Notes: a model not told the origin generated them from the sequence alone. Positions 1 through 11,188 are shown, numbered from the whole stretch's first letter. The stretch is 63,481 nucleotides of DNA, filler included, from 6 parts of 6 records of this genome joined end to end with filler, not necessarily neighbours in it; one strand, 5' to 3'. A program made the numbers and translations.

Positions 1-66
1 CCACCGAAATGTTGCACTTTGAGGCAGGAATAAAGTTGCACTTTCAAAGCAACCGAACCAGAAAAG

Positions 67-107
67 AACGGCACCGATTGACAGTAGTGTCAATCGGTGC
101 CGTTTTT
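67..107. terminator. Intrinsic, likely bidirectional terminator downstream of leuS
   Basis: 17-bp perfect inverted repeat aacggcaccgattgaca/tgtcaatcggtgccgtt with 4-nt loop, flanked by A- and T-rich tracts. Confidence 0.8.
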
Positions 108-130
108 GGGCTCTGATTCTGCAATGGTTT

Positions 131-3100
131 TTAATTCGCGATGAAGTTCACGAGCCGCCCTTTGACGACGATCACTCGTCGGACAGTCTTGCCTTCGATT
201 GCCTCGGCAACCTTGCTGTCCTGGCGGGCAAGCTCTTCGATCTGTTTGTCGTCTGCATCCGCAGGAATCATGATGCGCGACTTGATCTTGCCAAGGACCT
301 GAACGGCGATTTCGACCTCATCGTCTTTTGCGAGGCTTTCGTCGTAATCGGGCCAGGGAGCAATGGCGACTGATGGCTTATTGCCAAGCTTCTCCCACAG
401 TTCTTCCGCAACGTGCGGCATGAATGGTGCGACCAGCTTGATGAACGGACCAACGCATGCACGCGGTCGTTTTTCCAGGCGGGTGAGTGCGTTGACGAAG
501 TCAAAGAATTTGGCAATCGCGGTATTGAACTTGAACTGTTCAATGTCCTCCGAAACACCCTTGATCGTTTTGTGCAGAAGACGCGTCATATCCTTGTCCG
601 GCGGAGCTTCGGTCAACTGAGGTGACAGCTCGCCTGAATCTTCATCCACGACCAGACGCCAGATGCGGTTGACGAGTTTGTAGAGACCCGGGACATCCTG
701 GGTATTCCAAGGCTTTGACGCTTCAATCGGCCCCATAAACATTTCGTAGAGCCGGAAGGTGTCTGCGCCAAAATCGTCAAGAATGTCGTCGGGATTGACT
801 ACGTTCTTTAGCGATTTACTCATCTTGGCGACGACCTGCTCAAGACGTTCGCCTGTTTCCTTATGACGATATTCTTTCGGCCCAGTCTCTTCTACGTTTT
901 CTGCAGGAACATTCGCTCCGCGGCTGTCCCTGTAGGCAAATGCCTGGATCATTCCCTGGTTGACCAGCTTCTTGAACGGTTCCACCTCAGACACCTTGCT
1001 CATATCAAAGAGGAACTTATGCCAGAAACGAGCGTAGAGAAGATGCAGGACCGCATGTTCCGCCCCGCCGACATACATGTCGACCGGCATCCAGTAATCC
1101 TCGGCCATCATGTGAACCAGATCATGCTTCTCGTTCGGGCTGAGGTACCGAAGGTAATACCAGCAGGACCCTGCCCACTGGGGCATGGTGTTGAGATCGC
1201 GCTTATACGTCTTGCCGTTCTTTTCGACGGTGCACCATTCTTTGGCTCGACCCAGTGGAGGCTCAGGCATGGTATCCGGATTGTCTCCAGCCGGCGTGGG
1301 TTTGAAGTCATCCATCGGCGGAAGCTCAACGGGAAGATCCCCATCCTTGTCGCCAACGACTTCGCCATCCGGACCGTGAATAATCGGGAACGGCTCACCC
1401 CAGTACTTCTGTCGACTGAAGATCCAGTCGCGAAGCTTGTAGTTGACAGCTCCTTTGCCGATGCCACCTTCATCGAGCCAGTCGGTGATATTCTTTTTGA
1501 ACTCTGTGGTTGTCTGACCATCAAAGTCCTTCGAGTTGATCGCTGCCCCTTCGCCGATAAAGGAATCGGAGAAAATGCCCGGATCTTCGATAAAGAGTGG
1601 GATCACGACCTGCTCCACCCAGGAACCCGGAATCACGGAAACGGCAGTCTGTGCCGTAATGCCATCACCAATACCGGCCGCCGAAGAAGCTCCATCCATC
1701 ATCTCCTTCGGAAGGGATGCCTTGCCCTTTTTCTCGCAGTATTCGATATCAAACGCGCTGTTGATGATCTGCTCAATAAACCAGTCCGTTGTCGGACAGA
1801 CGACGGAAACCATCGGAAGATCGAACACCTTCGCGAACTCGAAGTCGCGCGTATCGTGGGCAGGCACCGCCATGATCGCACCGGTTCCGTAGCCCATCAT
1901 GACATAATCCGCGACCCAGATCGGAATCTGCTGGTTGTTGACCGGATTGAGGGCATATGCACCGGTAAAGACACCCGTCTTTTCCTTGGTATCGGCCGTT
2001 CGCTCCAGCTCGGATTTATGCCGCACCTCGGTAACATAGGCATCGACGGCTTCCTTCTTGTCGAGAGTCGTAATTTTCTCGACCAGCGGATGTTCCGGAG
2101 AAAGCACCATGTAGGTTGCGCCGTAGAGCGTATCCGGACGAGTCGTGTAAATGCGGATCGAATAGTCTTCCGGCTTGCCCGGGAAACCACCCTCTTTGCG
2201 GGCAGCAAGCCAGGCATCATGGTCCGGAATGCACGGAGCGTCCGGTCCACCAGAAACAATCGGGAAATCCACTTCGGCACCGGTACTGCGGCCGATCCAG
2301 TTGCGTTGCATGAGCTTGATCGGCTCGGGCCAGTCGACGTATTCCAGGTCGTGGAGAAGGCGTTCGGCGTACCGGGTGATTCGAAGCATCCACTGGCGGA
2401 GCGGTCGACGATAAACCGGGTGGTTTCCGCGTTCGCTGCGACCTTCGGCGGTCACCTCTTCATTGGCGAGAACCGTTCCGAGCGCGGGACACCAGTTGAC
2501 ATCGACTTCATCAATGAACGCCAGACGCTGGTTGTTGATGGACTTCCTCTGTTCTTCTTTCGAAAGATCTGACCAGACGCGATGAGGGTTATTCTCGATA
2601 TCGAACACCAGGTTCAATCCTTCATCGAGACCAACCTGCTCCATCTCGAGCATGACTTCGAGCGTGTCGATCGGCCGGGCTTTGCCTTTATACGTGTGGC
2701 CGTGGTTGTCGTTCCACTCGCAGGTTTCATCGAACCAGCTGTGGAACATCTGCAGGAAGATCCACTGCGTATGGTGGTAGTATTCCGGATCGCAGGTAGA
2801 GACTTCACGGCTCCAGTCGTAGCTGAACCCGAACATCTTCAACTGGCGACGCATGTTGTCGATGTTCTTCTTCGTCGTCACAGCCGGATGAACACCGTGT
2901 TCGATGGCGTACTGCTCCGCAGGAAGACCGAATGCATCAAAGCCCATCGGATGCAGGACGTTGAAACCTTTCATCCGTTTGAAGCGACTATAAATATCAG
3001 TTGCACAATATCCGAGCGGATGGCCAACATGCAGTCCCGCCCCGCTTGGGTAAGGAAACATATCCAGTACATAGCACTTGGGCTTCGTAACATCAAAGCC

Positions 3101-3217
3101 GGGATCGCCAGGGTTGGACACCTGATAGGTTTTGTTTTCCTCCCAGAAATCCTGCCATTTCTTCTCAACGGCTTTGAAGTCGTACAATCCTCTGCGGGTG
3201 GTATCGGTATCCGCCAT
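131..3217 (-). CDS. leuS: Leucine--tRNA ligase
   Basis: MFPYPSGAGLHVGH (HIGH), GFDAFGLPAE, TTRPDT and GTGAIMAVPAHD editing-domain motifs, KMSKS. Confidence 0.97.
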   Translation of the reverse strand: MADTDTTRRGLYDFKAVEKKWQDFWEENKTYQVSNPGDPGFDVTKPKCYVLDMFPYPSGAGLHVGHPLGYCATDIYSRFKRMKGFNVLHPMGFDAFGLPAEQYAIEHGVHPAVTTKKNIDNMRRQLKMFGFSYDWSREVSTCDPEYYHHTQWIFLQMFHSWFDETCEWNDNHGHTYKGKARPIDTLEVMLEMEQVGLDEGLNLVFDIENNPHRVWSDLSKEEQRKSINNQRLAFIDEVDVNWCPALGTVLANEEVTAEGRSERGNHPVYRRPLRQWMLRITRYAERLLHDLEYVDWPEPIKLMQRNWIGRSTGAEVDFPIVSGGPDAPCIPDHDAWLAARKEGGFPGKPEDYSIRIYTTRPDTLYGATYMVLSPEHPLVEKITTLDKKEAVDAYVTEVRHKSELERTADTKEKTGVFTGAYALNPVNNQQIPIWVADYVMMGYGTGAIMAVPAHDTRDFEFAKVFDLPMVSVVCPTTDWFIEQIINSAFDIEYCEKKGKASLPKEMMDGASSAAGIGDGITAQTAVSVIPGSWVEQVVIPLFIEDPGIFSDSFIGEGAAINSKDFDGQTTTEFKKNITDWLDEGGIGKGAVNYKLRDWIFSRQKYWGEPFPIIHGPDGEVVGDKDGDLPVELPPMDDFKPTPAGDNPDTMPEPPLGRAKEWCTVEKNGKTYKRDLNTMPQWAGSCWYYLRYLSPNEKHDLVHMMAEDYWMPVDMYVGGAEHAVLHLLYARFWHKFLFDMSKVSEVEPFKKLVNQGMIQAFAYRDSRGANVPAENVEETGPKEYRHKETGERLEQVVAKMSKSLKNVVNPDDILDDFGADTFRLYEMFMGPIEASKPWNTQDVPGLYKLVNRIWRLVVDEDSGELSPQLTEAPPDKDMTRLLHKTIKGVSEDIEQFKFNTAIAKFFDFVNALTRLEKRPRACVGPFIKLVAPFMPHVAEELWEKLGNKPSVAIAPWPDYDESLAKDDEVEIAVQVLGKIKSRIMIPADADDKQIEELARQDSKVAEAIEGKTVRRVIVVKGRLVNFIAN

Positions 3218-3458
3218 GTGTCTTAGTTCCTGTTTACCAACATCTTACAAACGAGACTGATCAAATAGTCAGATAGTGTATCGAACGACCGTCAGTGGAG
3301 CAACTGCAGGGAGAAACAGCAGGCAAGCAGATCAATCGTCAGTCGTTTCATTATTGAACGAGTGACCGCATATCCTGCTGAGTCAGCCGAATCGTAAAGT
3401 ACTACTGGAAGGACAGTTACGAAATTCCTGTGCTCAAGCTTTTTCTATATCGGGATTC

Positions 3459-4604
3459 TCAGCGCAGCTTGATCGTCATCAGAGCCGACAGGGCGAGAAT
3501 CACAGCAATCAGCCAGAAACGAATGACAATCTGCGTCTCGGTCCAGGGCTGATCTTTCAACTGGAAATGATGATGAATCGGCGTACATTTCCAGATCCGT
3601 TTTCCTGTGAGTTTGAAGGAGGATACCTGCAATACAACGGACATGATTTCCATGACGAAGATTCCGCCGACGACAAACAACATGATTTCCTGGCGGGTAA
3701 CGACCGCGATGTAACCCAGTAATCCGCCCAGGGGCAGTGAACCGGTATCTCCCATGAAGATTTTCGCTGGATGTGCGTTGTGCCAGAGGAACCCGAGACA
3801 TGCCCCCAGCATGGCCCCTGCCACAACCGTCAACTCACCGCTTCTCGGGACGAAGGGAATCAGAAGTTTCTTCGCCACGTCTTCGGTGCCGGAAATATAG
3901 GCGAAAATCATGAAGGAAAAGGATGCGATCCCCACCGTTCCTGCGGCAAGCCCGTCCATTCCGTCCGTCAAATTCACTCCGTTGCTTGTCCCCGCGATCA
4001 CCAGAACCGCCATCACCATGAATCCGAAGACTCCCAGCAGAATACCCGTCTTGTAGAACGGAACCACCAGGACTCGATAGGATTCGACCCCTGCTTCAGG
4101 AGCCATGGGCAACGTCACCAGGTTCTGGTGGCCATATCGGTAGATGAAAAAGCCAAGAAGAACCGCCAGACCAAACTGAAAAAGGAGCTTTTCGTAGCTT
4201 TTCAGGCCGTCGCGTCCCCCCTGTCGCCTGGCGATCGTGAGTTTCAGCCAGTCGTCGACGCCACCGATGACCGCCAGCCAGACCAGGCACACCATCGCCA
4301 TCATGACGTAGAAATTCTTGAGGATATCAGCCAGAAGAACCGTGGAGACAAAGATTGCAAATACAATCAGAACCCCACCCATGGTCGGAACATTCTTTTT
4401 ATCCGCCATCATCTCATTGAGAGATTGATTGAAAAATTCCGGATTATCGCCCAGCTTCATGCGGGCGAGCCTTCGGATGACCCATGGACAGGCAAACAGC
4501 ACAATGGCCATTGACAGCATTGCCGCGCATGCGCCGCGGAACAATGGGTTCTCATACCCATAGTGCTGCTCATGAAACACATGCTGGAACAGGTAATAGA
4601 TCAC
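3459..4604 (-). CDS. mraY: Phospho-N-acetylmuramoyl-pentapeptide transferase; start uncertain (GTG 4604 chosen, ORF open to 4661)
   Basis: KKNVPTMGG, GGVDDWLK, NGVNLTDGMDGL, IFMGDTGS, PIHHHF motifs; multiple TM helices. Confidence 0.93.
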   Translation of the reverse strand: MIYYLFQHVFHEQHYGYENPLFRGACAAMLSMAIVLFACPWVIRRLARMKLGDNPEFFNQSLNEMMADKKNVPTMGGVLIVFAIFVSTVLLADILKNFYVMMAMVCLVWLAVIGGVDDWLKLTIARRQGGRDGLKSYEKLLFQFGLAVLLGFFIYRYGHQNLVTLPMAPEAGVESYRVLVVPFYKTGILLGVFGFMVMAVLVIAGTSNGVNLTDGMDGLAAGTVGIASFSFMIFAYISGTEDVAKKLLIPFVPRSGELTVVAGAMLGACLGFLWHNAHPAKIFMGDTGSLPLGGLLGYIAVVTRQEIMLFVVGGIFVMEIMSVVLQVSSFKLTGKRIWKCTPIHHHFQLKDQPWTETQIVIRFWLIAVILALSALMTIKLR

Positions 4605-4936
4605 GGTAGCACCACACGGCTCAATCGGGCAATTACAAAACTCACTGAACGATATCGACACTACGGGGATACGTGTGGCGCGGGGGATGCTGTATCCGGT
4701 CAGCCAGCGAAGCTACTGCCTGGCAAACCTTACGGTTTATCCCATGTATGTCGAAAGATCCTTCCTCTTCGCACTACGCGTCCGTATTGTAATCCGGGAT
4801 CAAAGAAAAGCAATCGAAAGAACAAGAGGACGAAGAGATACAACAAAGCATCTCAACGTCCTCTGCAATGAAACTGAAGACCTGTCTGTCTGATCCGATA
4901 CTCATCGAGCTTCAAAGGCGAAGAAACTCCAGGGCA

Positions 4937-5566
4937 TCAGAAACTGTTTAATGCACTGAAATCCTGTTCACTGGACTCTTCTTCTGCTGGGACGAACTGG
5001 CTGGGTGCCGTTGTTTTGTTAGTTGGAGTGGAAATCCCGGATCCAGAATTCGACTGGAATCCAGTTCCCGTGGTCTGCAGCACATCGGACTGGTTGACCG
5101 TGCCACCCACGAGAGCAGTCAGTTCATTGACCATCCCTTTCACCGTCTGTGCCTGAGCACTCAATTCTTCAGCAGCAGATGCGGATTCTTCGGCCCCGGA
5201 TGCATTGGACTGGGTCACCTGATCCATCTGGCTGATCGCAGTATTGATCTGTTCAACTCCCAGAGCCTGCTCGCTGGACGCTTTGGTGATCAGACTGACC
5301 AGGTCGCCAACTTCTTTTGCGGATTCGCTGACCCGCGAGAATATTTCCGAGGTAGCCTGATTCGCTTCGACACCACGAGTAACGCGGTGAATTGTCTGTT
5401 CGATCAGGTCACCCGTTTCGCGTGCCGCACCGGCAGCTCTCTGGGCCAGGGTGCGAACTTCGTCGGCAACTACGGCAAATCCCTTTCCGTGCTCTCCAGC
5501 ACGTGCCGCCTCGACAGCCGCATTGAGAGCCAGGAGATTCGTCTGGAATGCAATTTCCTCGATGAC
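4937..5566 (-). CDS. Methyl-accepting chemotaxis protein, C-terminal part (5' truncated by contig edge)
   Basis: Frame reads [37 protein letters not shown], the MCP signalling hairpin. Confidence 0.92.
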   Translation of the reverse strand, partial: VIEEIAFQTNLLALNAAVEAARAGEHGKGFAVVADEVRTLAQRAAGAARETGDLIEQTIHRVTRGVEANQATSEIFSRVSESAKEVGDLVSLITKASSEQALGVEQINTAISQMDQVTQSNASGAEESASAAEELSAQAQTVKGMVNELTALVGGTVNQSDVLQTTGTGFQSNSGSGISTPTNKTTAPSQFVPAEEESSEQDFSALNSF

Positions 5567-5567
5567 C

Positions 5568-5667
5568 NNNNNNNNNNNNNNNNNNNNNNNNNNNNNNNNN
5601 NNNNNNNNNNNTTAATTAATTAANNNNNNNNNNNNNNNNNNNNNNNNNNNNNNNNNNNNNNNNNNNN
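5568..5667. other. Artificial contig spacer (N-run with TTAATTAATTAA linker)
   Basis: 100-nt block; the same linker recurs five times; GC content and gene content change across it. Confidence 0.97.
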
Positions 5668-6149
5668 TATTGATGGTTCGAAATTGACGATTGGATACGG
5701 AAAAGTAATTTTATTAAATGAATATAAATCCATGAATATCAATCCAAAAAAATAAAAAACCAAAAAGGTGAAAGATAGACTTTTGAATTGAAAGTCATTC
5801 TCTATTTTTCAGAAAAATCACTATAAACTCCTGACAATTCTATTGCAACCATATAATTTTATATGCGTAGCATGAAAATCTGAATGATATGCGGGAAAAG
5901 AGATTTCAATATGGCAGCAATTCCTCTTCGTTGCAGCTTTTGCCGGCCATCTGCCCTAGGCCGATTACCACATTCGGACCATTAAGGAATTGCTTGGGCT
6001 GGCGATGGCGGTGGAAGAGCCCCTTCAGGTTTTGGCCCTTATTTTTTTTCAATTTTCATCCCCGCATCACCCGAAAGGAGGATGTTTTTTTCAGGTGGTG
6101 TGTTTATTTCAGGTTTGTCCGTCAACCCCAAGCGAAAAAGGAGGAAAAA

Positions 6150-7817
6150 ATGACCGGTGTCGAAGCAGTGTTGCGTGTTCTGTCCGGCGGAAATGCCCGC
6201 TATATTTTTGGTAATCCAGGCTCGACCGAGTTGCCCATGAACAATGTTCTGGCCGGTGACGATTCCATTGAGTACATATTCGGATTGCATGAGCTGCCCG
6301 TCACGGCCATGGCGGACGGCTATGCCATGGCCTCCGGCAAATTGTCGGTTGTGTGCGTCCATACCTGCTGCGGGCTCGGAAATGCCATGGGTATGCTTTA
6401 CAATGCCTGGTGTGCCGGTACACCCATATTGATGATTGCCGGGCAGCAGGATCGGCGATTGCAGATGGAAGAGCCGGCCCTGACCGGCGATATGGTTGCG
6501 GCTGCAACCCCATGGACCAAATGGGCCATGGAGGCGACCACTGTCGGCGATGCCGTGACCGCCGTTCGCCGGGCCATCCAGATTGCCCTGACGCCGCCCA
6601 CGGGCCCTGTATTTTTATCCCTTCCGGTTGATGTTCAGATGGCCGGCGCGGAAGGTTTGGACCTGGCGCCGCCGTACCTTCCCGATTCCCGGACGCGACC
6701 GTCCGAAGAGGCGGCCCAGCGGACGGCGGAGATTTTGGCCAATGCGGAAAATCCCGTCATATTGGCGGGCAGCCGCGTTACCGAATCCGGCGGGGTCCGG
6801 GCATTGGTTCAACTGGCGGAGGGTACCGGCGCCCGGGTATTTGCGGAACAGCAGCTTTCCCACGGCAGGCTGCCCATCCCCTCGGATCATCCCCTGTATG
6901 CTGGGCCGCTCCCGGTGCCGGCCACGGAGGTGGAAAAATGCCTGGCGGACCATGATGTGGTTTTCACAGCCGGTATCAATTTACTGCGACTCTTCATGTA
7001 TCAGGGACCCGTGAATCCCATTCCACCCCATGCCCAACTGGTCCAAATGGATAACGATGCCCGGCAGATTGCTAAAAATTATCCCGTGACGCTGGGAATG
7101 GTGTGCGACCTGAAGGCCGGGTTGGACGATTTGAATCGGAAACTATCGAAAACCCTGGGGCCGGAGCAGGTTCGAATGGCGGCGGAACGCAGGGTTTCTT
7201 CGGCTGCGCAAGCCATGGCCGCCCGGGAAGCGCTGCAAAAAAAGATGGATGCCCGGAGGGACGATCGGCCCATGGCCGCCCTGACGCTCATGGAAACCCT
7301 GGCGTCGGCCCTTCCCGCGGATTCCGTGCTGGTGGAAGAGTCTGTCTCCACTTACAACTATATATTGGAAAAGGTCGGGTTTTTTTAAGATCCAACCCGA
7401 TATTTCGGCCATCGGGGCTGGGCCCTGGGTTGGGGCATCGGCTGCGCCATGGGCGTCAAACTGGCATGGCCGGACCGGCCGGTGGCGGCGCTGGTGGGGG
7501 ATGGCTCCGCCCTCTATGGTATTCAGGGGCTCTGGACGGCGGCCCATTATCGTCTGCCGGTAACCTTCATCGTGGCCAATAACGCCCAGTACAAAATCTT
7601 GAAACTTGCCTCGCAAATGATGCATTATGACAACATTATCCAAAATGATTATCCCGCCATGGATATTGTGGATCCGGAAATCGATTTTACGGGTCTTGCC
7701 CGTTCTTTCGGTGTGGAGGCACACAGTGTGGCAACGCCTGCGCAACTCAGCGACCACCTGAATAAGGTGGCCGACCGAACCACACCGCTTCTTCTGGATG
7801 TCCGGATCGAACGCTGA
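6150..7817 (+). pseudogene. ThDP-dependent decarboxylase (benzoylformate decarboxylase-like) interrupted by one in-frame TAA at 7386-7388
   Basis: GGAGG RBS before ATG 6150; IFGNPGSTELP, HE..AMADGYA, GDGSALYGIQGLWTAA..NN ThDP motif. ORFs 5889-7388 and 7449-7817 share a frame, and the gap reads DPTRYFGHRGWALGWGIGCA. Confidence 0.8.
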
Positions 7818-7993
7818 GACAAGGCGGTGCGCGTGACACCGCCAACAGTGGGCCGGCCGGAGAGGACGCCTGCGCCATCATCAAGGTTTTTTCGGGGCCG
7901 CCCGCAGTCCATTGACCTGGCAGGCAACCCTTAACCTTTCCCCCCTCTTTTTCCATTCATAAAGAAAGAAATCCATCTCCATATAAAAAATGC

Positions 7994-8022
7994 TTGACGC
8001 TAATGTGAAACTGCAATATATT
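7994..8022 (+). promoter_or_regulatory. Putative sigma70 promoter of the tetR cluster
   Basis: TTGACG-N17-TATATT about 55 nt upstream of ATG 8078. Confidence 0.55.
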
Positions 8023-8077
8023 GAATACGGTAATGAGGCAGATTAATTTATAGTAAAACTTTATTGAGGGGCTTCCC

Positions 8078-8833
8078 ATGAAAATCAGTGAAGAGCAGAA
8101 GCGGGAAAACCGGAAAAAAATCATCCGTTCGGCGGTGGACGCCATCACCGAGAAGGGGATGAAAGGGGCCACCATGCGGATGATCGCCAGGGAAGCGGGG
8201 GTTGCCGACGCCACCATTTACAATTACTTTCCCACGAAGGAAGCCATTGTATACGCCTATTACGAGGAACAGCTGGATGTGAGCGTGGAGCACTTGAGAT
8301 CCATCGCCGATTTCAATGAATTCACCTTGCAGGAACAGCTCCAGGCCTTTTTTGAAACCCAATTTGAGCTTTTTTTGGCGGATCGCGAATTCGTGGACGT
8401 GAGCTTTCGGGCCATCACCTTTTCCCTGACCCACGATTATCAGTATTTGAAACCGATCCGAAAAAGGTTCTTCCGCATCATCTCCGACCTCTTCGAAGCG
8501 GCCATGGAGGTGGGTGAAATCCCGGATCTGGTCTTTCTGGAGCTGACCTACCATTTCTTCTGGGACTACTACGTGGGCCTTATCTTTTACTGGTTGAGGG
8601 ACACGTCAGACCAATTCCGGGACACCTCCATCCTCCTGGATAAAAGCCTGGATCTGGCCGTGACCTTCATCAAGGCGGGCGTTGTCAACAAGGCCCTTGA
8701 TATGGCGTCGTTCCTTTTCAGGCATCACATTATCGATCGGTTGGACATGATCAAGGACCGCGTGGACATGGTGCACAAGGTGAAACGGCAGTTCATGGGG
8801 GGGCGTGATGATGGAAGAGATTCCAAGGGGTAA
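8078..8833 (+). CDS. TetR/AcrR family transcriptional regulator
   Basis: N-terminal HTH ATMRMIAREAGVADATIYNYFPTKEAI. Confidence 0.92.
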   Translation: MKISEEQKRENRKKIIRSAVDAITEKGMKGATMRMIAREAGVADATIYNYFPTKEAIVYAYYEEQLDVSVEHLRSIADFNEFTLQEQLQAFFETQFELFLADREFVDVSFRAITFSLTHDYQYLKPIRKRFFRIISDLFEAAMEVGEIPDLVFLELTYHFFWDYYVGLIFYWLRDTSDQFRDTSILLDKSLDLAVTFIKAGVVNKALDMASFLFRHHIIDRLDMIKDRVDMVHKVKRQFMGGRDDGRDSKG

Positions 8834-10103
8834 ATGGAAGCGGGGATTGAGCGGGAGTAAAACAGCGGCCCGGATGAGCCAAAAGGCGCTCAAATTTCTG
8901 GCCCGGAAACCCTTTCTGACGGAGGCGAAGCGGCAGGCGGAGAAAAAGGCCATGAACCGGGAAAATGCGGTTTTGCTCTTTGAGGGGTTGAGCCTGCTTA
9001 GGGGAACGGCCCTTAAAATGGCCCAGCTCCTGAGCATGGAAATGGAGATTTTCCCCCCTGAAATCACAAAGGAACTTCAAAAATCCTACCACCAGGTCCC
9101 CCCCATCAACCGGGCCCTGGTGCGAAAGAGTATTCAAAACGGGCTGGGGAAACCGCCCGAGCAGATCTTTGGGGCCTTCGAGTCCACCGCCTTTGCCGCC
9201 GCCAGCCTGGGCCAGGTCCACCGGGCAGCCACCGGAGACGGGGCGGGACTGGCCGTGAAAATTCAGTATCCCGGCATCCGGGAGACCATTCAAAACGATG
9301 TCCAACTGATCAAGACGGCCCTGCGGCCCTTGCCCGAGTACCGGATGATCGTACCGGCCATTTTGGAGATCGAAACAAGGCTGTTGGAAGAGACCGATTA
9401 TGACCGGGAGCTGGATAACCTCACCTTTTTTAAAGAGCGTTTGAGCATGGAACGGGTCATTGTGCCCGCTCCCTATGGTGAATACAGCGCCGCTACGGTT
9501 CTTTCGGCGGAACGGGTAGAGGGCCCGACCTTAGACCAGTGGTTGAAGACGGATCCCCACCGTAGGGAACGGGACCTTGTGGCCCAGGCGTTGCAGGATC
9601 TCTTTATCTTCGGCCTTTACCGGCTGCACCGCATTCATGCGGACCCGAATCCGGGGAATTTCATTGTAAAGGGCGATGCCAGGATCGGTTTGGTGGATTT
9701 CGGGTGCGTTAAACGGTTTGATCCGAAATTTGTATCACTTTACGGCGAACTGCCCCAGGCGGCCCTTCACGGGGGGCGAAAGGACTATTTGCGCCTGTTG
9801 AAAGCGCTTCGCATCGCAGGTCCAGACATGGGGCCGGAGGTGGAAGAGGAGATGTTCCAGGTGTTCCATGAAACCGGCCAGTGGCTGGGAAGACTCTACC
9901 GGGAGGAAACCTTTGATTTCAGGGACAATCCGGATTTTATTGCATCAGGGAAGAAAATGATGGCCCGGGCCTTTGAACTCAGGAAACACGCGGACCTCAA
10001 CACCCACTTCATATTCCTTCACAGGACCCGGTACGGCCTGCTGCGTCTCTTTGAGCGGATGGGAGCGCGGGTCTGCTTCCGGAACGCCCATGAATATTCT
10101 TGA
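8805..10103 (+). CDS. AarF/UbiB/ABC1 family atypical kinase
   Basis: LRGTALKMAQLLS, FAAASLGQVHRA, AVKIQYPG, HADPNPGNF, LVDFGCVK. Confidence 0.92.
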   Translation: MMMEEIPRGKWKRGLSGSKTAARMSQKALKFLARKPFLTEAKRQAEKKAMNRENAVLLFEGLSLLRGTALKMAQLLSMEMEIFPPEITKELQKSYHQVPPINRALVRKSIQNGLGKPPEQIFGAFESTAFAAASLGQVHRAATGDGAGLAVKIQYPGIRETIQNDVQLIKTALRPLPEYRMIVPAILEIETRLLEETDYDRELDNLTFFKERLSMERVIVPAPYGEYSAATVLSAERVEGPTLDQWLKTDPHRRERDLVAQALQDLFIFGLYRLHRIHADPNPGNFIVKGDARIGLVDFGCVKRFDPKFVSLYGELPQAALHGGRKDYLRLLKALRIAGPDMGPEVEEEMFQVFHETGQWLGRLYREETFDFRDNPDFIASGKKMMARAFELRKHADLNTHFIFLHRTRYGLLRLFERMGARVCFRNAHEYS

Positions 10104-10149
10104 AACCGGGCCGTTTGTTTAATTTCAGAACCATTTGGGGAGGGGAACC

Positions 10150-10653
10150 ATGGATGTGGAACAACACTGGAAGATGATTAAGAAAACCGTCAATCAGGCC
10201 AACAGAAGCAACCGTTTCTGCGCCGTGGCCACGGTGAACCCGGATGGCTCCCCCCGCATTTCCCCCATCGGTTCCCTCATTCTGGGTGAGGCGGGTAAAG
10301 GCCTCTATTTTGAGAAATTTCCCAGAAATATGCGGGAGAATCTCCACCGGGACCCGCGCCTATGCGTTCTGGCGGTTTGCGGCGGATTTTGGTTCTGGTT
10401 CAAGTCCCTGTACCGGGGACGCTTTGAAGTCCATCCCGGATTGAGACTCATGGGCCGGGCCGGCGGCAGGAGATCGGCGACCCAGGAGGAGGTGACGAAA
10501 TGGCAAAACCGGGTCAGGCCCTTTCGGAGATTTAAGGGTCATGAACTGCTTTGGAAGGATATGCGTCATGTGCGCGACGTTACATTCGACGCCGCCGAAC
10601 CCCTGCACCTGGGACCCATGGGGCGGGGGCTGTGGGGAAGCCATGAAAGATGA
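10150..10653 (+). CDS. Pyridoxamine 5'-phosphate oxidase-like (split-barrel flavin-binding) protein
   Basis: CAVATVNPDGSPRISPIGS motif; similar to 11189-11698. Confidence 0.8.
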   Translation: MDVEQHWKMIKKTVNQANRSNRFCAVATVNPDGSPRISPIGSLILGEAGKGLYFEKFPRNMRENLHRDPRLCVLAVCGGFWFWFKSLYRGRFEVHPGLRLMGRAGGRRSATQEEVTKWQNRVRPFRRFKGHELLWKDMRHVRDVTFDAAEPLHLGPMGRGLWGSHER

Positions 10654-11102
10654 ACAAACCACTTATTTTTGGCGGTGTAATGAGCACTCTGGCCGCATTT
10701 CTCCATATGTCCATCATATTCGGCGGTCCCGAATGGTATCGTTTTTTCGGTGCCGGCGAAAGAATGGCAACATTGGCCGGACAAGGTTCTTTGATTCCGA
10801 CCATCTCAACATTGGGCATCTTCGCCGTGCTGTTTATCTGGGGGCTCTATGCATTTTCCGGCGTCGGTTTCATCAAGAAACTGCCGTTCCTGAAACCCGC
10901 CCTTTTAATCATATCTGGAATATATCTCATAAGAGGGTTGGCGCTGTTCCCGGTTTGGATGGTGAAGCCGGAGTTTATCAGCAGCCTTCATGTTTGGAGT
11001 TCCTTGGCGTGTTTGGTCGTCGGTTTTTCTTATGCGACGGGAACAAGGCGGATCCGGTCGGACATCTCTTCAAAAATGGTTCATGGGAGACGGCCGTCCT
11101 GA
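10650..11102 (+). CDS. Hypothetical membrane protein (about 4 TM)
   Basis: ATGA overlap with upstream gene; GGPEWYRFFGAGE segment and hydrophobic helices. Confidence 0.75.
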   Translation: MNKPLIFGGVMSTLAAFLHMSIIFGGPEWYRFFGAGERMATLAGQGSLIPTISTLGIFAVLFIWGLYAFSGVGFIKKLPFLKPALLIISGIYLIRGLALFPVWMVKPEFISSLHVWSSLACLVVGFSYATGTRRIRSDISSKMVHGRRPS

Positions 11103-11188
11103 ATTTCCTCATCCCCGCACTATACAAACGTTCGGGCTTGCATATAATTCGGTTTGAAGCCATAACCCCATAATATTGAGGTGAATCA

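Noticed and set aside
863-2572. 569-aa plus-strand ORF, and similar long antisense ORFs opposite proA, livK, guaB and iorA
   Set aside because: These are shadow ORFs on the reverse strand of well-conserved genes in GC-rich sequence, with no recognisable motifs.
7375-7450. Programmed frameshift at the T7 run
   Set aside because: The upstream and downstream ORFs are in the same frame, so no shift is needed; the lesion is a stop codon.
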